From contig CAYSAC010000002.1 of the NCBI GenBank assembly GCA_964428815.1, positions 5,062 through 69,061 of the forward strand: a stretch of 64,000 bases of DNA, read 5' to 3'. Under the pieces are notes generated by a model, which worked only from the letters and a program-made list of their open reading frames with translations, was not told the DNA's origin and made no database searches. Positions within the stretch are counted from its first letter, which is position 1. Each line of letters begins with the position of its first letter. This DNA comes from an uncultured Acidimicrobiaceae bacterium. Its GTDB lineage: Bacteria > Actinomycetota > Acidimicrobiia > Acidimicrobiales > CAYSAC01. Below, one piece after another: positions 9,644 to 19,143 of the stretch. Position numbers and translations under genes: made by a program.

Positions 9644-10837
9644 TCACGCCTCCCCGTTCGTCGCCGGGGGATGCAGCAGCGACTCGTATACGTCAGCGAG
9701 CGATCCGACCAGGTTGTCAACAGTCGCGACCTCGGCCATGGCCTTCGGTGCCGCCTCCGCGAGGCGCGCCGCCAGCGCGGGATCGGTGAGCACGCGCTCG
9801 AGCGCGGCGGCGAGCGCAACCGGGTCCTCCGGCGGGACCAGCAGCCCGGTCCGATCGTGCTGCACCATGTCGGACACCGCGCCGACGTCGGTTGCGACGA
9901 CCGGCAGCCCGGAGGCGAGCGCCTCGAGCACTGCGATGGGAAGCAGCTCGCTCGCTTCCCGCGACGGCTGGACGTACGCAGCTGCCGTCGACCACAGCTC
10001 GGTGGGTTCGTTCACGTACCCGACGAACTGCACGTGCGAATCGACGCCCAGCCTCCGGGCGAGCTCGAGTAGCTCGTCCTTGAGGTCGGGGTGGCTCGTC
10101 ACCGGACCCCCGGCGACCACGACGTTGGCGTCAGGAACCGTGCGGAGCAGCAGCGCCATAGCGTGCAACAGCACGTCGTAACCCTTGTGCGGATGGAGGC
10201 GTCCGACCGTCACGAGCTCCGGGGCACTGCCGCGCTCGACCGCGATGGCGCGACCGGGCTCGACCGCGTACGGGATGGCGACCGCCGGCAAGCGGCGCTC
10301 GATCTCTGGCATCCGCCGCAATGCGGTCCTGGACGGTACGACGACGCGGTCAGCGACCCGCGCGCCGAGTCGGTTGACCAATGACGTGGGGTTGATGGCG
10401 TGGATGTGCCACACGATCGGCCGCCGGGCGAGGATCGCCGCGGGCCCCGCGAGCACCATCCCTCGTTGGTCGTGGACCTGCACCACACCATCGACCCGGC
10501 GGAATCGGCGCGCTAGGAGGACCCAGTAGCGGGGCAGGCTGATGATCCCTCGCACTGCGTCGGATCGGTGCTGCAGTAGCTCCATCCGCCGTAGTGCGTG
10601 AGGCGGAAGGGCGATCGACACCTGAACGCCGGTCGCGCGAACCCGATCGGCAACGGTGCCGTCGCCGGGGAAGACCACATCGGTCGACCAACCCCGTTCA
10701 CGGAGCCCGTCGGCGGCCAGCACCAGCGCACGCTGTGCACCGCCGTGCACATCGCCGAACGGTTCGAAGAACGTGACGTGGCGACCACGGCGGTTCCGCC
10801 AGCGCCACCGCCACCAAGAGCGCAGCGTGCTGGTCAC
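9644..10837 (-). CDS. GT4-family glycosyltransferase
   Basis: EASELLPIAVLEALASGLPVVATDVGAVSDMVQHDRTG. The GTG start at 10837 overlaps the upstream stop (GTGA). Confidence 0.85.
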   Translation of the reverse strand: MTSTLRSWWRWRWRNRRGRHVTFFEPFGDVHGGAQRALVLAADGLRERGWSTDVVFPGDGTVADRVRATGVQVSIALPPHALRRMELLQHRSDAVRGIISLPRYWVLLARRFRRVDGVVQVHDQRGMVLAGPAAILARRPIVWHIHAINPTSLVNRLGARVADRVVVPSRTALRRMPEIERRLPAVAIPYAVEPGRAIAVERGSAPELVTVGRLHPHKGYDVLLHAMALLLRTVPDANVVVAGGPVTSHPDLKDELLELARRLGVDSHVQFVGYVNEPTELWSTAAAYVQPSREASELLPIAVLEALASGLPVVATDVGAVSDMVQHDRTGLLVPPEDPVALAAALERVLTDPALAARLAEAAPKAMAEVATVDNLVGSLADVYESLLHPPATNGEA

Positions 10838-11946
10838 CGGGACACGCTTGTGTACACGGCGAGATGGCCCGACACGCAGGCGTCCCAGGACAGCTGCGCC
10901 GCTCGCGACAGCCCGCGCTCGTGGAGGTCGGCGCGGAGCGCAGGATCGTCGAGAACCTTGGCGATGGCATCGGCCGCCGCCACCACGTCGCCGTCGGGGA
11001 CCAGGAGCCCGCCGTCGCCGACCACCTCAGGGAGGGAGGTGTTCGCGAACGCGACGACGGGGATGCCGCAGGCCATGCCCTCGACCGCCGGCAGCCCGAA
11101 ACCCTCCGCCCGGCTCGGCACGAGGACGACGTCGGCGCCCCGGTACAGGTCGACGAGGTCGGGGACGAACCCACGCAGCTCGATTCGGTCGGGACGGGGC
11201 GCAGCGGCGCGCAGGGATTCGACGATCGGCCCGAGCCACTCAGGCAGCGCTCCGGCCATGACGAGCTGGTGCGGGTAGCCGCGGTCGGCGAGCTCGCCAG
11301 CGATGGCAAACGCCTCTGGGAAACCCTTGCGCGCGTCGTAGGTCGACACCACCAGCACGTACGGGGCCTCGTCGCGCGGCCTGGCGGGACCGGGTGAGAA
11401 CTCGTCGCTCGCGGCGAGCGGCACGACGTGGACCTTGTCGGGGTCGAGCCCGAGCACCTCGATCCCCGTCTCGGCGGCGTACCGAGAGATCGCGACGATC
11501 GCGTCGGCGGCACGGTAGGAGGGGATGGCAGCCTCGAAGCGCCGTCGCGTCTTCGCGAGCGCCGGGTCTTGAACGGCGAGAGGGATGACGTCGTAGAGCG
11601 TCTGCACCCAAGGGCAGCGTGGCGGACGCGTCGGCGGGAACGACGACGGGCTGTGATACAGGTCGGCGTGAGCTCGGCGCGTCGAGAACCGAAGCAGCTG
11701 GTCGTGCTCCCACTGCGCGAAACGGCCGGGGGCCACGCGCCGGATCCGCCGACGCGTCACGCCTGGCGGCAGCCGCACATCACTTGTGGCGAGCGCGGTG
11801 ACGTGTACGTCGCCGCGCCGGCTCATCCGGGTGAGGAGCTCGCGCTGGTAGGTCCCGATGCCGCTCTTGGCCGAGAGGGTCGACAGGGCGAAGGCGTCAA
11901 AGAGGAGCTCGAGCGGCGCGACGCCATCGTCCCGCGGCGGCGTCAC
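10834..11946 (-). CDS. GT4-family glycosyltransferase
   Basis: Track ORF 10834..12615 trimmed to the GTG at 11946 (VTPPRDDGVAPLELLFDAFAL), which overlaps the upstream TGA (GTGA). GT4 motif RAEGFGLPAVEGMACGIPVVAFANTSLPEVVGDGG. Confidence 0.85.
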   Translation of the reverse strand: MTPPRDDGVAPLELLFDAFALSTLSAKSGIGTYQRELLTRMSRRGDVHVTALATSDVRLPPGVTRRRIRRVAPGRFAQWEHDQLLRFSTRRAHADLYHSPSSFPPTRPPRCPWVQTLYDVIPLAVQDPALAKTRRRFEAAIPSYRAADAIVAISRYAAETGIEVLGLDPDKVHVVPLAASDEFSPGPARPRDEAPYVLVVSTYDARKGFPEAFAIAGELADRGYPHQLVMAGALPEWLGPIVESLRAAAPRPDRIELRGFVPDLVDLYRGADVVLVPSRAEGFGLPAVEGMACGIPVVAFANTSLPEVVGDGGLLVPDGDVVAAADAIAKVLDDPALRADLHERGLSRAAQLSWDACVSGHLAVYTSVSR

Positions 11947-13043
11947 CCGAGCGCCTCCCCGGCCGCGGCCATGGTGGCGGCGCGGTGGTACACCTCGGCA
12001 ACACCCGCGGCCGTGCGCTCCCAGGTGAAGCCGGCGGCGTGCGCCACGCCCGCGTCTGCGAGCCGCTCGCGCTCGTCGGCGTCGTCGAGCAGCGCGGCGA
12101 TCGCGTCGGCCATCGCTGCCGGATCGCGCGGCGGCACCAGCCGCACGACGCCGCCGCCCATCTCCCGGACCGACGGGACGTCGGCCGCCACGACCGGTGT
12201 CCCGAGTGCCATCGCCTCCAGGCAGACCATCCCGAAGCCCTCGGCGAGGCTGGGGTGGCACACGATCGTCGCCGCGGCCAGGTGGGCCTCGACGAGCTCG
12301 TCGGACAGCGGACCGAGAAAGCTGATGCGGTGATGACGGTCGAGTGCTCGCACCCGCGCACGAACCTCCTCCGCCCACCATCCGTCGGGGCCCACGACCA
12401 GCAGCGGCGGGCTGTTGGGACCGAGGAGGGCAACTGCCTCGGCGAGGACCTCGAGCCCCTTGCGGGGCGTGATCGCGCCGACGAACAGCAGCGTCGGATC
12501 CGCCGGCGCGCGCTGCCGAACATATGCAGCGGACCGCACACCGAGCGGCACGATCGTGATGCGGCTGGCTGGGATGTCGGAATGACGCTGGATCTCGCGG
12601 GCCGTCGCCTCGCATGTGGTCACGACAACGCTCGCGCGTGCGAGCGAATCGATCTGGCCCCTCGTCTCCGCCTGCGCTCGCGGGATGTAGAACTCAGGGT
12701 GAGTCACCCCGAGCAGGTCCTGGATCGTCACGACCAGCGGGCGTCGGGTCGGTGGCGGGATCTGGCCGATGCTGTGAACGACGTCAGCCCCACCGACCAT
12801 CCACTCGGCCAGCGGGTAGCCCGTCGTCCGCCAGAGCCCTTGCAAGACACGCAGCGGCACCGGCCAGCGGCGGCCGATCGGTGTCCTGCCCGTGCCCCGC
12901 CCCGCGGCGAACCCGCGGATGTCGAGGTCGGGCCGGGCGACCAGCGCTTCCGCCAAGGCGAGGGCGTGCCGAGCCATGCCCGTCGAGGCCACGACCGCTG
13001 GCGTCATGTCGAGCGCAACCCGCAGCTGCGCTCGCTCGGCCAT
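11943..13043 (-). CDS. GT4-family glycosyltransferase (first gene of a 4-gene minus-strand operon)
   Basis: LAEGFGMVCLEAMALGTPVVAADVPSVREMGGG. ATG start, with a 132-bp divergent intergenic region upstream. Confidence 0.85.
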   Translation of the reverse strand: MAERAQLRVALDMTPAVVASTGMARHALALAEALVARPDLDIRGFAAGRGTGRTPIGRRWPVPLRVLQGLWRTTGYPLAEWMVGGADVVHSIGQIPPPTRRPLVVTIQDLLGVTHPEFYIPRAQAETRGQIDSLARASVVVTTCEATAREIQRHSDIPASRITIVPLGVRSAAYVRQRAPADPTLLFVGAITPRKGLEVLAEAVALLGPNSPPLLVVGPDGWWAEEVRARVRALDRHHRISFLGPLSDELVEAHLAAATIVCHPSLAEGFGMVCLEAMALGTPVVAADVPSVREMGGGVVRLVPPRDPAAMADAIAALLDDADERERLADAGVAHAAGFTWERTAAGVAEVYHRAATMAAAGEALG

Positions 13044-13175
13044 CCGGGGAGGTTACAGACCGACCTCGGCACCGACCGATCCGTGCGCACTGTCTAACGT
13101 GGTCCGGATGGTGCATCACCGGGCGGACACGCACCGCAGCGTTCTGGGTGCCGGCGAAGTCGGCGGGGGCTTTCG

Positions 13176-13880
13176 ATGAAGACGCTGATCCTCTGTGGCG
13201 GCAAGGGCACCCGCGCCTACCCGCACACGGTCGAGCTGCCGAAGCCGTTGCTCGATGTGGCCGGACAACCCGTGCTGCTGCACCTCATGCAGATCTACGC
13301 GCAGCAGGGTCACGACGACTTCGTCTTGGCCGGGGGTTACAAGGTCGAGATGCTGCGCGAGTTCGCGGCCGACGTCGGCAACGACTGGAAGGTCGAGGTC
13401 GTCGACACCGGAGAGGACGCCGACACGGGCGAGCGCGTCGAGCGATGTCGCGATCGGGTCGGCGACACCTTCTTCTTGACCTACGGCGACGGTCTCGGCG
13501 ACGTTGATCTCGGCGCTCTCTTGGACTTCCATCGCAACCATGACGCCGCCGCGACGCTCACGACCGTGCCGCTGCCCTCGCAGTACGGCACCATCGAGGT
13601 CGATGGCGACGGGCGCGTCGACCGCTTCGAGGAGAAGCCCGTCCTGCAGGACCACCTGATCAACGCCGGCTTCATGGTGCTCGAGCAACGAGCCTTCGAT
13701 TCGTGGGCGAGCCCCTCTCTCGAAGGTGACGCCCTCCCGGCGCTGGGCGCCGCGGACGAGCTGTACGCCTTCGTGCATCGCGGCTTCTGGAAGTCGATGG
13801 ACACCTACAAGGACGCGGTCGACCTCGCCCAGCTGTGCGAGGAGGGGGACCCGCCGTGGCTGTCGGCTTCACGGGTGTGA
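13176..13880 (+). CDS. rfbF: Sugar-1-phosphate nucleotidyltransferase, glucose-1-phosphate cytidylyltransferase (RfbF)-like
   Basis: MKTLILCGGKGTRAYP...LPKPLL N-terminal NTP-transferase loop. Along its length it matches the RfbF pattern as I remember it: VDTGE..TG.R, FFLTYGDGLGDVDL, FH..H...ATLT, YG, FEEKP, INAGFMVL, GFWKSMDTYKD, PW. Shorter than Salmonella RfbF (234 aa). Confidence 0.7.
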   Translation: MKTLILCGGKGTRAYPHTVELPKPLLDVAGQPVLLHLMQIYAQQGHDDFVLAGGYKVEMLREFAADVGNDWKVEVVDTGEDADTGERVERCRDRVGDTFFLTYGDGLGDVDLGALLDFHRNHDAAATLTTVPLPSQYGTIEVDGDGRVDRFEEKPVLQDHLINAGFMVLEQRAFDSWASPSLEGDALPALGAADELYAFVHRGFWKSMDTYKDAVDLAQLCEEGDPPWLSASRV

Positions 13881-13881
13881 C

Positions 13882-14757
13882 GTGACGGCGACCGGCAGGG
13901 CGCCCGCTGAACGCGACGAGGGCCAGACGCGGCCACCCGTCACCGCCGTGATCTGCACCCGCGATCGACCCGCGATGCTCCCGGTCGCCCTGGCCCGCCT
14001 CGGCCCCGCGCTCCAACCATGCGACGAGCTGATCGTGGTCGAGTCCGGCGACAGCGGTGCGGCCAGCGCGCTGGCCGCTCTGGAGACAGCCGCGTCCGTG
14101 ATCCTCATACCGTCGGCGCGTCGGGAGAAGAGCCACAAGCTCAATCTGGCCATCGAGCGTGCCACGGCACCGATCCTGGTGTTGACCGACGACGACGTGG
14201 AGGTCGGCGACGGGTGGGTGGATGCGATGGCGCGCGAGTTCGTCGATTCCGAGGTCGGGGTCGCGTTCGGGCCGGTGCTCGGGCTCAGCACCCACGGTGA
14301 GGGGCCCCTCGGCGCTCCTCCGCCCGGCGAGGCCCCGCTGTCGACGTGGCTCTACGCGCACGGTGCGTCGATGGCGCTGCGCACGACCGCGGTGCAGGAA
14401 GCGGGCGGCTTCGACGAGCGGCTCGGCCCCGGTGCGCCGGCCCACGGTGAGGAGCACGACCTCCTTCTGCGCCTTCGCGAGCGGGACTGGCGAGCGGTGA
14501 TCGCCCGTGCCCCGACGAACACGCACCTCGACTGGCGCGACGAAGGCGATCACCGTGCCAACGTCCTGGTCTATGAGCGGGGCTCCGGCGCGTTCGTCGG
14601 CGCCGCGCTGCGGCGCGCGCCCAGGCGGTGGGCCCGGCTCGCCGCGTTGCGCCTGCGTTACCAGCTCCTGCTCGTCTGGCGCGGCGAGATGGGGTTTGCA
14701 TCGATGCGGGCGTTCCTCGGCGGGCTGGTGTACGGCATGCGGATGAAGCCGCGGTGA
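13882..14757 (+). CDS. GT2-family glycosyltransferase
   Basis: Track ORF trimmed to the GTG at 13882, one nt after the rfbF-like TGA. VTAVICTRDRPAMLPVAL ... ELIVVESGDSG ... LVLTDDDVEV (DxD). Confidence 0.8.
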   Translation: MTATGRAPAERDEGQTRPPVTAVICTRDRPAMLPVALARLGPALQPCDELIVVESGDSGAASALAALETAASVILIPSARREKSHKLNLAIERATAPILVLTDDDVEVGDGWVDAMAREFVDSEVGVAFGPVLGLSTHGEGPLGAPPPGEAPLSTWLYAHGASMALRTTAVQEAGGFDERLGPGAPAHGEEHDLLLRLRERDWRAVIARAPTNTHLDWRDEGDHRANVLVYERGSGAFVGAALRRAPRRWARLAALRLRYQLLLVWRGEMGFASMRAFLGGLVYGMRMKPR

Positions 14758-15716
14758 ACGCCGAGCCGTCGCGCCCATTGATCGCCGTCGTGGTCCCGAC
14801 GTACCAGCGCGCCGATGGCGCGGCGAGGATGATCGATGCACTCGAGCGCCAGACCCTCGACAGAGCGCTCTTCGAGGTCGTGCTCGTCGACGACTGCTCG
14901 CCGGATGGTTCGGTCGCCGAGATCGCGGAGCGAGGGGCCCGGTCGCCGCTCCATGTCCAGGTGCTGTCGACGCCGGCGAACGCCGGCCCGGCCGGGGCCC
15001 GTAACCTCGGCTGGCGCGCGACCAGAGCTGCGCTGCTCGCATTTGTAGACGACGACTGCGTGCCAGAGCCGAGATGGCTCGAGGCCGGGCTCGCCCGGCT
15101 GGTGAGCGACGAACGGCTCGGCGTGCTGCAGGGTCAGACCCGCCGCCCCGAGGGCACCAAGCTTGGCGACTGGACGCTCTGGCGAGAGATCACCGGCCCG
15201 ACGCCGTTCTTCGAGGGTTGCAACATCTTCTACCGGCGGGAAGCGTTCGAGGCGACGGGTGGGTTCGACGAGGTGCTCGGCTTCAGTCCCGGCGAGGACA
15301 CGGCCGCCGGCTGGGCCGTCGTCGACGCCGGCTGGGAGCGTGGCTACGAGTCGACGGCCGTGGTCGAGCACGATGTCGAGGAGCGCGGCGTGCGGTGGCA
15401 CATCCACAACGGCTTCCACGAGAGCAACCTCGTCGGCGTCGCGGCGAGGCATCCGGGATTCCGCCGCGAGGCCTTCTGGCGCCCGTGGGCTTTCCGTCGC
15501 GAGAACGCGGCGTGCACCGTCGCGGTGTTCGGTGCCCTGGCCGCGGCACGGTGGCGGCCCGCGCTGCTGCTCGCGCTGCCCTACGTCTATTGGCGACGGC
15601 CTCCCGCCGGGCACCATCGCCGGGCAGCGCTAATGGCCGAGCGGCTCGCCGTCGACACCGCCCAGGCCGCCGGGCTCCTCGTGGGTTCGGTTCGGAGCCG
15701 CATCGTCGTCCTCTGA
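14754..15716 (+). CDS. GT2-family glycosyltransferase with a hydrophobic C-terminal region
   Basis: The GTG at 14754 overlaps the upstream TGA (GTGA). LIAVVVPTYQRADGAARMIDALERQT, VVLVDDCSPDGS, LAFVDDDCVP. C-terminal hydrophobic segment AACTVAVFGALAAARWRPALLLALPYVYW. Confidence 0.8.
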   Translation: MNAEPSRPLIAVVVPTYQRADGAARMIDALERQTLDRALFEVVLVDDCSPDGSVAEIAERGARSPLHVQVLSTPANAGPAGARNLGWRATRAALLAFVDDDCVPEPRWLEAGLARLVSDERLGVLQGQTRRPEGTKLGDWTLWREITGPTPFFEGCNIFYRREAFEATGGFDEVLGFSPGEDTAAGWAVVDAGWERGYESTAVVEHDVEERGVRWHIHNGFHESNLVGVAARHPGFRREAFWRPWAFRRENAACTVAVFGALAAARWRPALLLALPYVYWRRPPAGHHRRAALMAERLAVDTAQAAGLLVGSVRSRIVVL

Positions 15717-15789
15717 GGCGAGAGCTCGGCGCCTTTCGATCGCTCGCCGGGCAGGCCGGTACAGTGCCGATCCGAGGCGGATCTGAGCG

Positions 15790-16719
15790 ATGGCGCGCAC
15801 CGAGCGACGAGAGTGGCGGCAGCGAGCCCGCGAGACCGCGCCGGTCTTCATCGTCGGCGAACCGCGCAGCGGGACGTCCATCCTTTTCCGGAGCCTCCAG
15901 TCACATCCCGCGTTCCTACCGGCGCGGGGGACCCACCTCGCGGAGAGCCAGGCCCCCGACCTGCTGCTCGACCTCCTCGGACCCGACCACCCGCCCGAGT
16001 CGAGCCCGCTGGTCGAGTACGCGCAGGGAATGGACGCGGTGGCGGGCATCGTCGACGACATCCAAGGCCTCGCCCGGCGCCGGCGACTCGTCCGGGCACT
16101 CGCGGGCCGGTCGAGCTTGGCGCGAAAGCCGGTGTGGCTGGCGGCCGGCGAACACCATGTGGTGCGGCGCTACTTCCTCAAGGCCCACGAGCGACGCGGC
16201 GCGAGGCGCCTCCTCGACAAGTCACCGCTCCAGCTCCCGTGGGTGCCCCACCTCGGGACCGCGTTCCCGCAAGCGCGCTTTCTCTACATCGTGCGCCATC
16301 CTGTCGACGTGTACAGCAGCTACAAGCGGCGCTTCTCGGTGGACCCAGCCAGCTCGGGATGGGCCGACGTCGACGAGGCGGTCTTCTGCGACGGGTGGTC
16401 AGCGCGGACGCAGTATGCGGCCCGGCTCGCCCGGCGCGACCCGCGGATGCTGATCGTGCGCTACGAGGATTTCACCGGCGACACCGAACCGGTCGTGCGA
16501 CGCGTGCTCGACCATGTTGGCGAGCCGTTCGACGCCGTCTGCCTGCTCGCCGACGATGGGGAGTTCGGTCAGTTCGCGGTCGACCCGCACCTCTTCGCTC
16601 GGGTCGTGACGACCACCAAGGAGTGGCGGGACTACGTCGACACTGACGGCGCGCGACGGATCGAGCACCGCCTGGCCGGCGAGATGGCGCGCCTTGACTA
16701 CGAGCCCCATGTCGCCTGA
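15790..16719 (+). CDS. Sulfotransferase (PAPS-dependent, Sulfotransfer_3-like)
   Basis: 5'-PSB loop PVFIVGEPRSGTSILFRSL and 3'-PB region RFLYIVRHPVDVYSS. Confidence 0.8.
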   Translation: MARTERREWRQRARETAPVFIVGEPRSGTSILFRSLQSHPAFLPARGTHLAESQAPDLLLDLLGPDHPPESSPLVEYAQGMDAVAGIVDDIQGLARRRRLVRALAGRSSLARKPVWLAAGEHHVVRRYFLKAHERRGARRLLDKSPLQLPWVPHLGTAFPQARFLYIVRHPVDVYSSYKRRFSVDPASSGWADVDEAVFCDGWSARTQYAARLARRDPRMLIVRYEDFTGDTEPVVRRVLDHVGEPFDAVCLLADDGEFGQFAVDPHLFARVVTTTKEWRDYVDTDGARRIEHRLAGEMARLDYEPHVA

Positions 16720-16756
16720 GCGAAGGGGCAGCGGTCAGCGACTCCATTCATCGGGG

Positions 16757-18232
16757 TCAGGGACAGGCTTCTGGGCCAGTGGGCCCGCGGCAGTTCCGGT
16801 AGCGAGCGAGGTCAGCGGCCATGGCGGCCGCTTCCGACGGCGGTGACCGGCCGTCGGCCGCCAAGTTCTCGAGCTGGGCTGGATCCCGGGTGAGGTCGTA
16901 GAACTCCCGGAAGACGATCACCAGCCCGGTCTCGTCGTACCACTCCGTGTACTGGGCCGTCGGCGTCCACAGGGACGCCCAGCTCGAGACGCCCACATCG
17001 CGTGGGCTCGCCTTGAAGCCGTAGAACTCCAGGAGCACCCTGTCGCGCCGCTTTGAGCCGAGCAGAGACCTCCCGTCGACCGCAGCGCGCGGTTCGATGC
17101 CAGCAGCGGCGAGCACCGTCGGCGCGATGTCGACGTTCAGCACGGGGCGATCGTCGACAGCGCCCGCCTCGACGTGGCCGGGCCAGCGCATGAAGAGCGG
17201 AACCCGCACTGACTCTGGGTAGGGCAGCCGCTTGTCCTGGGAGACGCCGTGCTCGCCCAGGAGGTAGCCGTTGTCGGAAACGAAGATCGCGAGTGTGTCC
17301 TGTTCGCCGAGCTCCTCGAGCTTGCGGAAGAGATTCTCGACCATGCGATCCACGGGCAGGAGCGACCGTCGCTGCAGCGCCCAGAGCTCCTCGTAGGTGA
17401 CTGGTGGAACGCGCTGCAGCGCGCGTACATCGGGGGGCTTGTCCGAGACGTCAGCTTCCCCGACCGCCGCGCTGGGCTCGAAGCGACCGACGTCAGTGCC
17501 GGCGTCGGTGGGATCCAGCCCATAGGGAAAGTGGGGCGCGGCGGGCGCGACATAGAGGAACCAGGGGTCGTCGTCCGAGTCCTCGAACTGGTCCAGCATC
17601 GCGATCGCCTGGTCTCGGATGAAGTCGGTGGAGTACTGCTCGATCGTCTGCCGGCTGCCATTGATCGAGAAGTCAGTGTCGGTGTAACCGCGGAGCATGA
17701 TCGCGGAGCTGTCGAAGTCTGGCGGGGGGACATCGAGGTTCCAGGAGTTGAGGTACTTCCCGGCGATGCCGGTCTGGTAGCCCTCCGCCGCCAGGTGGTG
17801 CTGAATGGTCGTGTCCTGGTCGAGCCGGCGCGCCTCGGGGAGGAGGTTGGTCCAGACGCCGTGGTTGTGGGGGTACTGGCCCGTGAAGATCGAGGCGCGC
17901 GACGGACAGCAGACCGGCGTTGTTGCGAACGCCTGGGAGAAGTACATGCCGCCGTCGCCGAAGATCCGTTCGGTGTGGGTCATGTGATCGACCTGGTCGG
18001 TCCGCTGGTCGTCGGTGACGATGATCAGCACGTTGGGACGCGCCGGCTTCTCCTCGCGCCGGGCGACGACGACGACGTCGCTCACCAAGACGACGATCGC
18101 AGCGAGCCCGACTGCTGCGAGGAACCGGGACCGGGGCACACGCGCGATTCTGTCGCGCGCGCCTCGCCGACGTGCCCAGTGCCCCTGGCGATCATTCAAC
18201 GGCTCCACTCCGACAGGTCGACACCAAGCCAT
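16757..18232 (-). CDS. Type I (formylglycine-dependent) sulfatase, N-terminally membrane-anchored or secreted
   Basis: PNVLIIVTDDQRTDQ metal site and a canonical C-x-P-x-R box TTPVCCPSRASIFTGQYPHNHG (Cys codon 17909-17911). N-terminal hydrophobic segment FLAAVGLAAIVVLVSDVVVV. Alternative GTG start at 18139. Confidence 0.85.
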   Translation of the reverse strand: MAWCRPVGVEPLNDRQGHWARRRGARDRIARVPRSRFLAAVGLAAIVVLVSDVVVVARREEKPARPNVLIIVTDDQRTDQVDHMTHTERIFGDGGMYFSQAFATTPVCCPSRASIFTGQYPHNHGVWTNLLPEARRLDQDTTIQHHLAAEGYQTGIAGKYLNSWNLDVPPPDFDSSAIMLRGYTDTDFSINGSRQTIEQYSTDFIRDQAIAMLDQFEDSDDDPWFLYVAPAAPHFPYGLDPTDAGTDVGRFEPSAAVGEADVSDKPPDVRALQRVPPVTYEELWALQRRSLLPVDRMVENLFRKLEELGEQDTLAIFVSDNGYLLGEHGVSQDKRLPYPESVRVPLFMRWPGHVEAGAVDDRPVLNVDIAPTVLAAAGIEPRAAVDGRSLLGSKRRDRVLLEFYGFKASPRDVGVSSWASLWTPTAQYTEWYDETGLVIVFREFYDLTRDPAQLENLAADGRSPPSEAAAMAADLARYRNCRGPTGPEACP

Positions 18233-19113
18233 TCGGCCAGCGCGCCGTTGTGTGGCCGGAAGTACTCGATGAGCATGGACCTCATCTCGCCGGGCAAGGG
18301 CTCGTTCTCGGGCCGTGCCTCCGACATGGCGCGCGCCCGGCGCTGCAGGCGGCTCGGCAACCGGTCGAGGAGAGTGCCAGAACGCAGCAAGTAGGCGAGC
18401 GGCGTGTGGCGAACGGTCGCTCGTGGGTTGAAGACCTCCCCCACGATCGGGGGTCGTACGCCATCATCGACCCCGAGGAACCGACACGTGGCTGCGAAGA
18501 AGGCCACGGGAGCCTGCACCAGCTCGTCGAACAGACCCACGTGGATGCGCTCGCGCTCGAATCGCGCGCTGAGGTTCCGCAGCTGCTCGACGTAGCGGCC
18601 ACGCGCCAGGCACATGCCGCTCGTGCGCCAATCGGACGGGTCGGTGTCGAGCTCGTGTCGGACGACGTCCGCGAATGACCTCGCTTCATCGCCCCTCTCG
18701 ACGCTGTGGTTGTACTGCGACCAGGCTCGGTCGACCGGGTTGCGGAGGACGACGATCAGCTTCGCATCGGGCACGACCGATGCCATGCGCTCGATGAAGA
18801 TGGGACGAACCATGTAGGACGGCGTCGCCTCGCCGACGAGCACCCCGGGTGGTGCTGTCCCGAGCCTGTCGAAGTAGTGGTCGACGCCGAGGTCCCATTC
18901 CTGGTCGAAGAAGTGGAGCTCCTTGCCCGCCGCCATGAACACGTGCGGGTGCGCGCCGAGCCACGCCGCCAGCGACGTCGTGCCGGCCTTCATCGCGCCG
19001 ACGATGAGGAAGTCTGGTCGCCCCACGCTCCTCCCGGGCCGATTGGGCAGGGGACAGTAGCAGTGCAGAACCTCGGGTCGACCGGTCGCGGCGCGATCGC
19101 CACCGGCGGCCAT
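18196..19113 (-). CDS. Sulfotransferase (Sulfotransfer_1-like carbohydrate sulfotransferase type)
   Basis: PDFLIVGAMKAGTTSLAAWL (5'-PSB), LIVVLRNPVDRAWSQYNH (3'-PB). Track ORF trimmed to the ATG at 19113, because the longer model would overlap the divergent GT4 start at 19144. Confidence 0.8.
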   Translation of the reverse strand: MAAGGDRAATGRPEVLHCYCPLPNRPGRSVGRPDFLIVGAMKAGTTSLAAWLGAHPHVFMAAGKELHFFDQEWDLGVDHYFDRLGTAPPGVLVGEATPSYMVRPIFIERMASVVPDAKLIVVLRNPVDRAWSQYNHSVERGDEARSFADVVRHELDTDPSDWRTSGMCLARGRYVEQLRNLSARFERERIHVGLFDELVQAPVAFFAATCRFLGVDDGVRPPIVGEVFNPRATVRHTPLAYLLRSGTLLDRLPSRLQRRARAMSEARPENEPLPGEMRSMLIEYFRPHNGALAEWLGVDLSEWSR

Positions 19114-19143
19114 CCCATAGGGTCGGCGGCCGTGCGAGTTGCG

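Noticed and set aside
11947-12615. N-terminal 223 codons of the 593-aa track ORF 10834..12615
   Set aside because: This part overlaps, in another frame, the well-supported GT4 gene 11943-13043 and is Arg/Gly-rich. A GTG that overlaps the upstream TGA (GTGA) gives a normal-length GT4.
17249-18394. 381-aa plus-strand ORF opposite the sulfatase gene
   Set aside because: No motifs. It is antisense to a gene with a textbook sulfatase signature.
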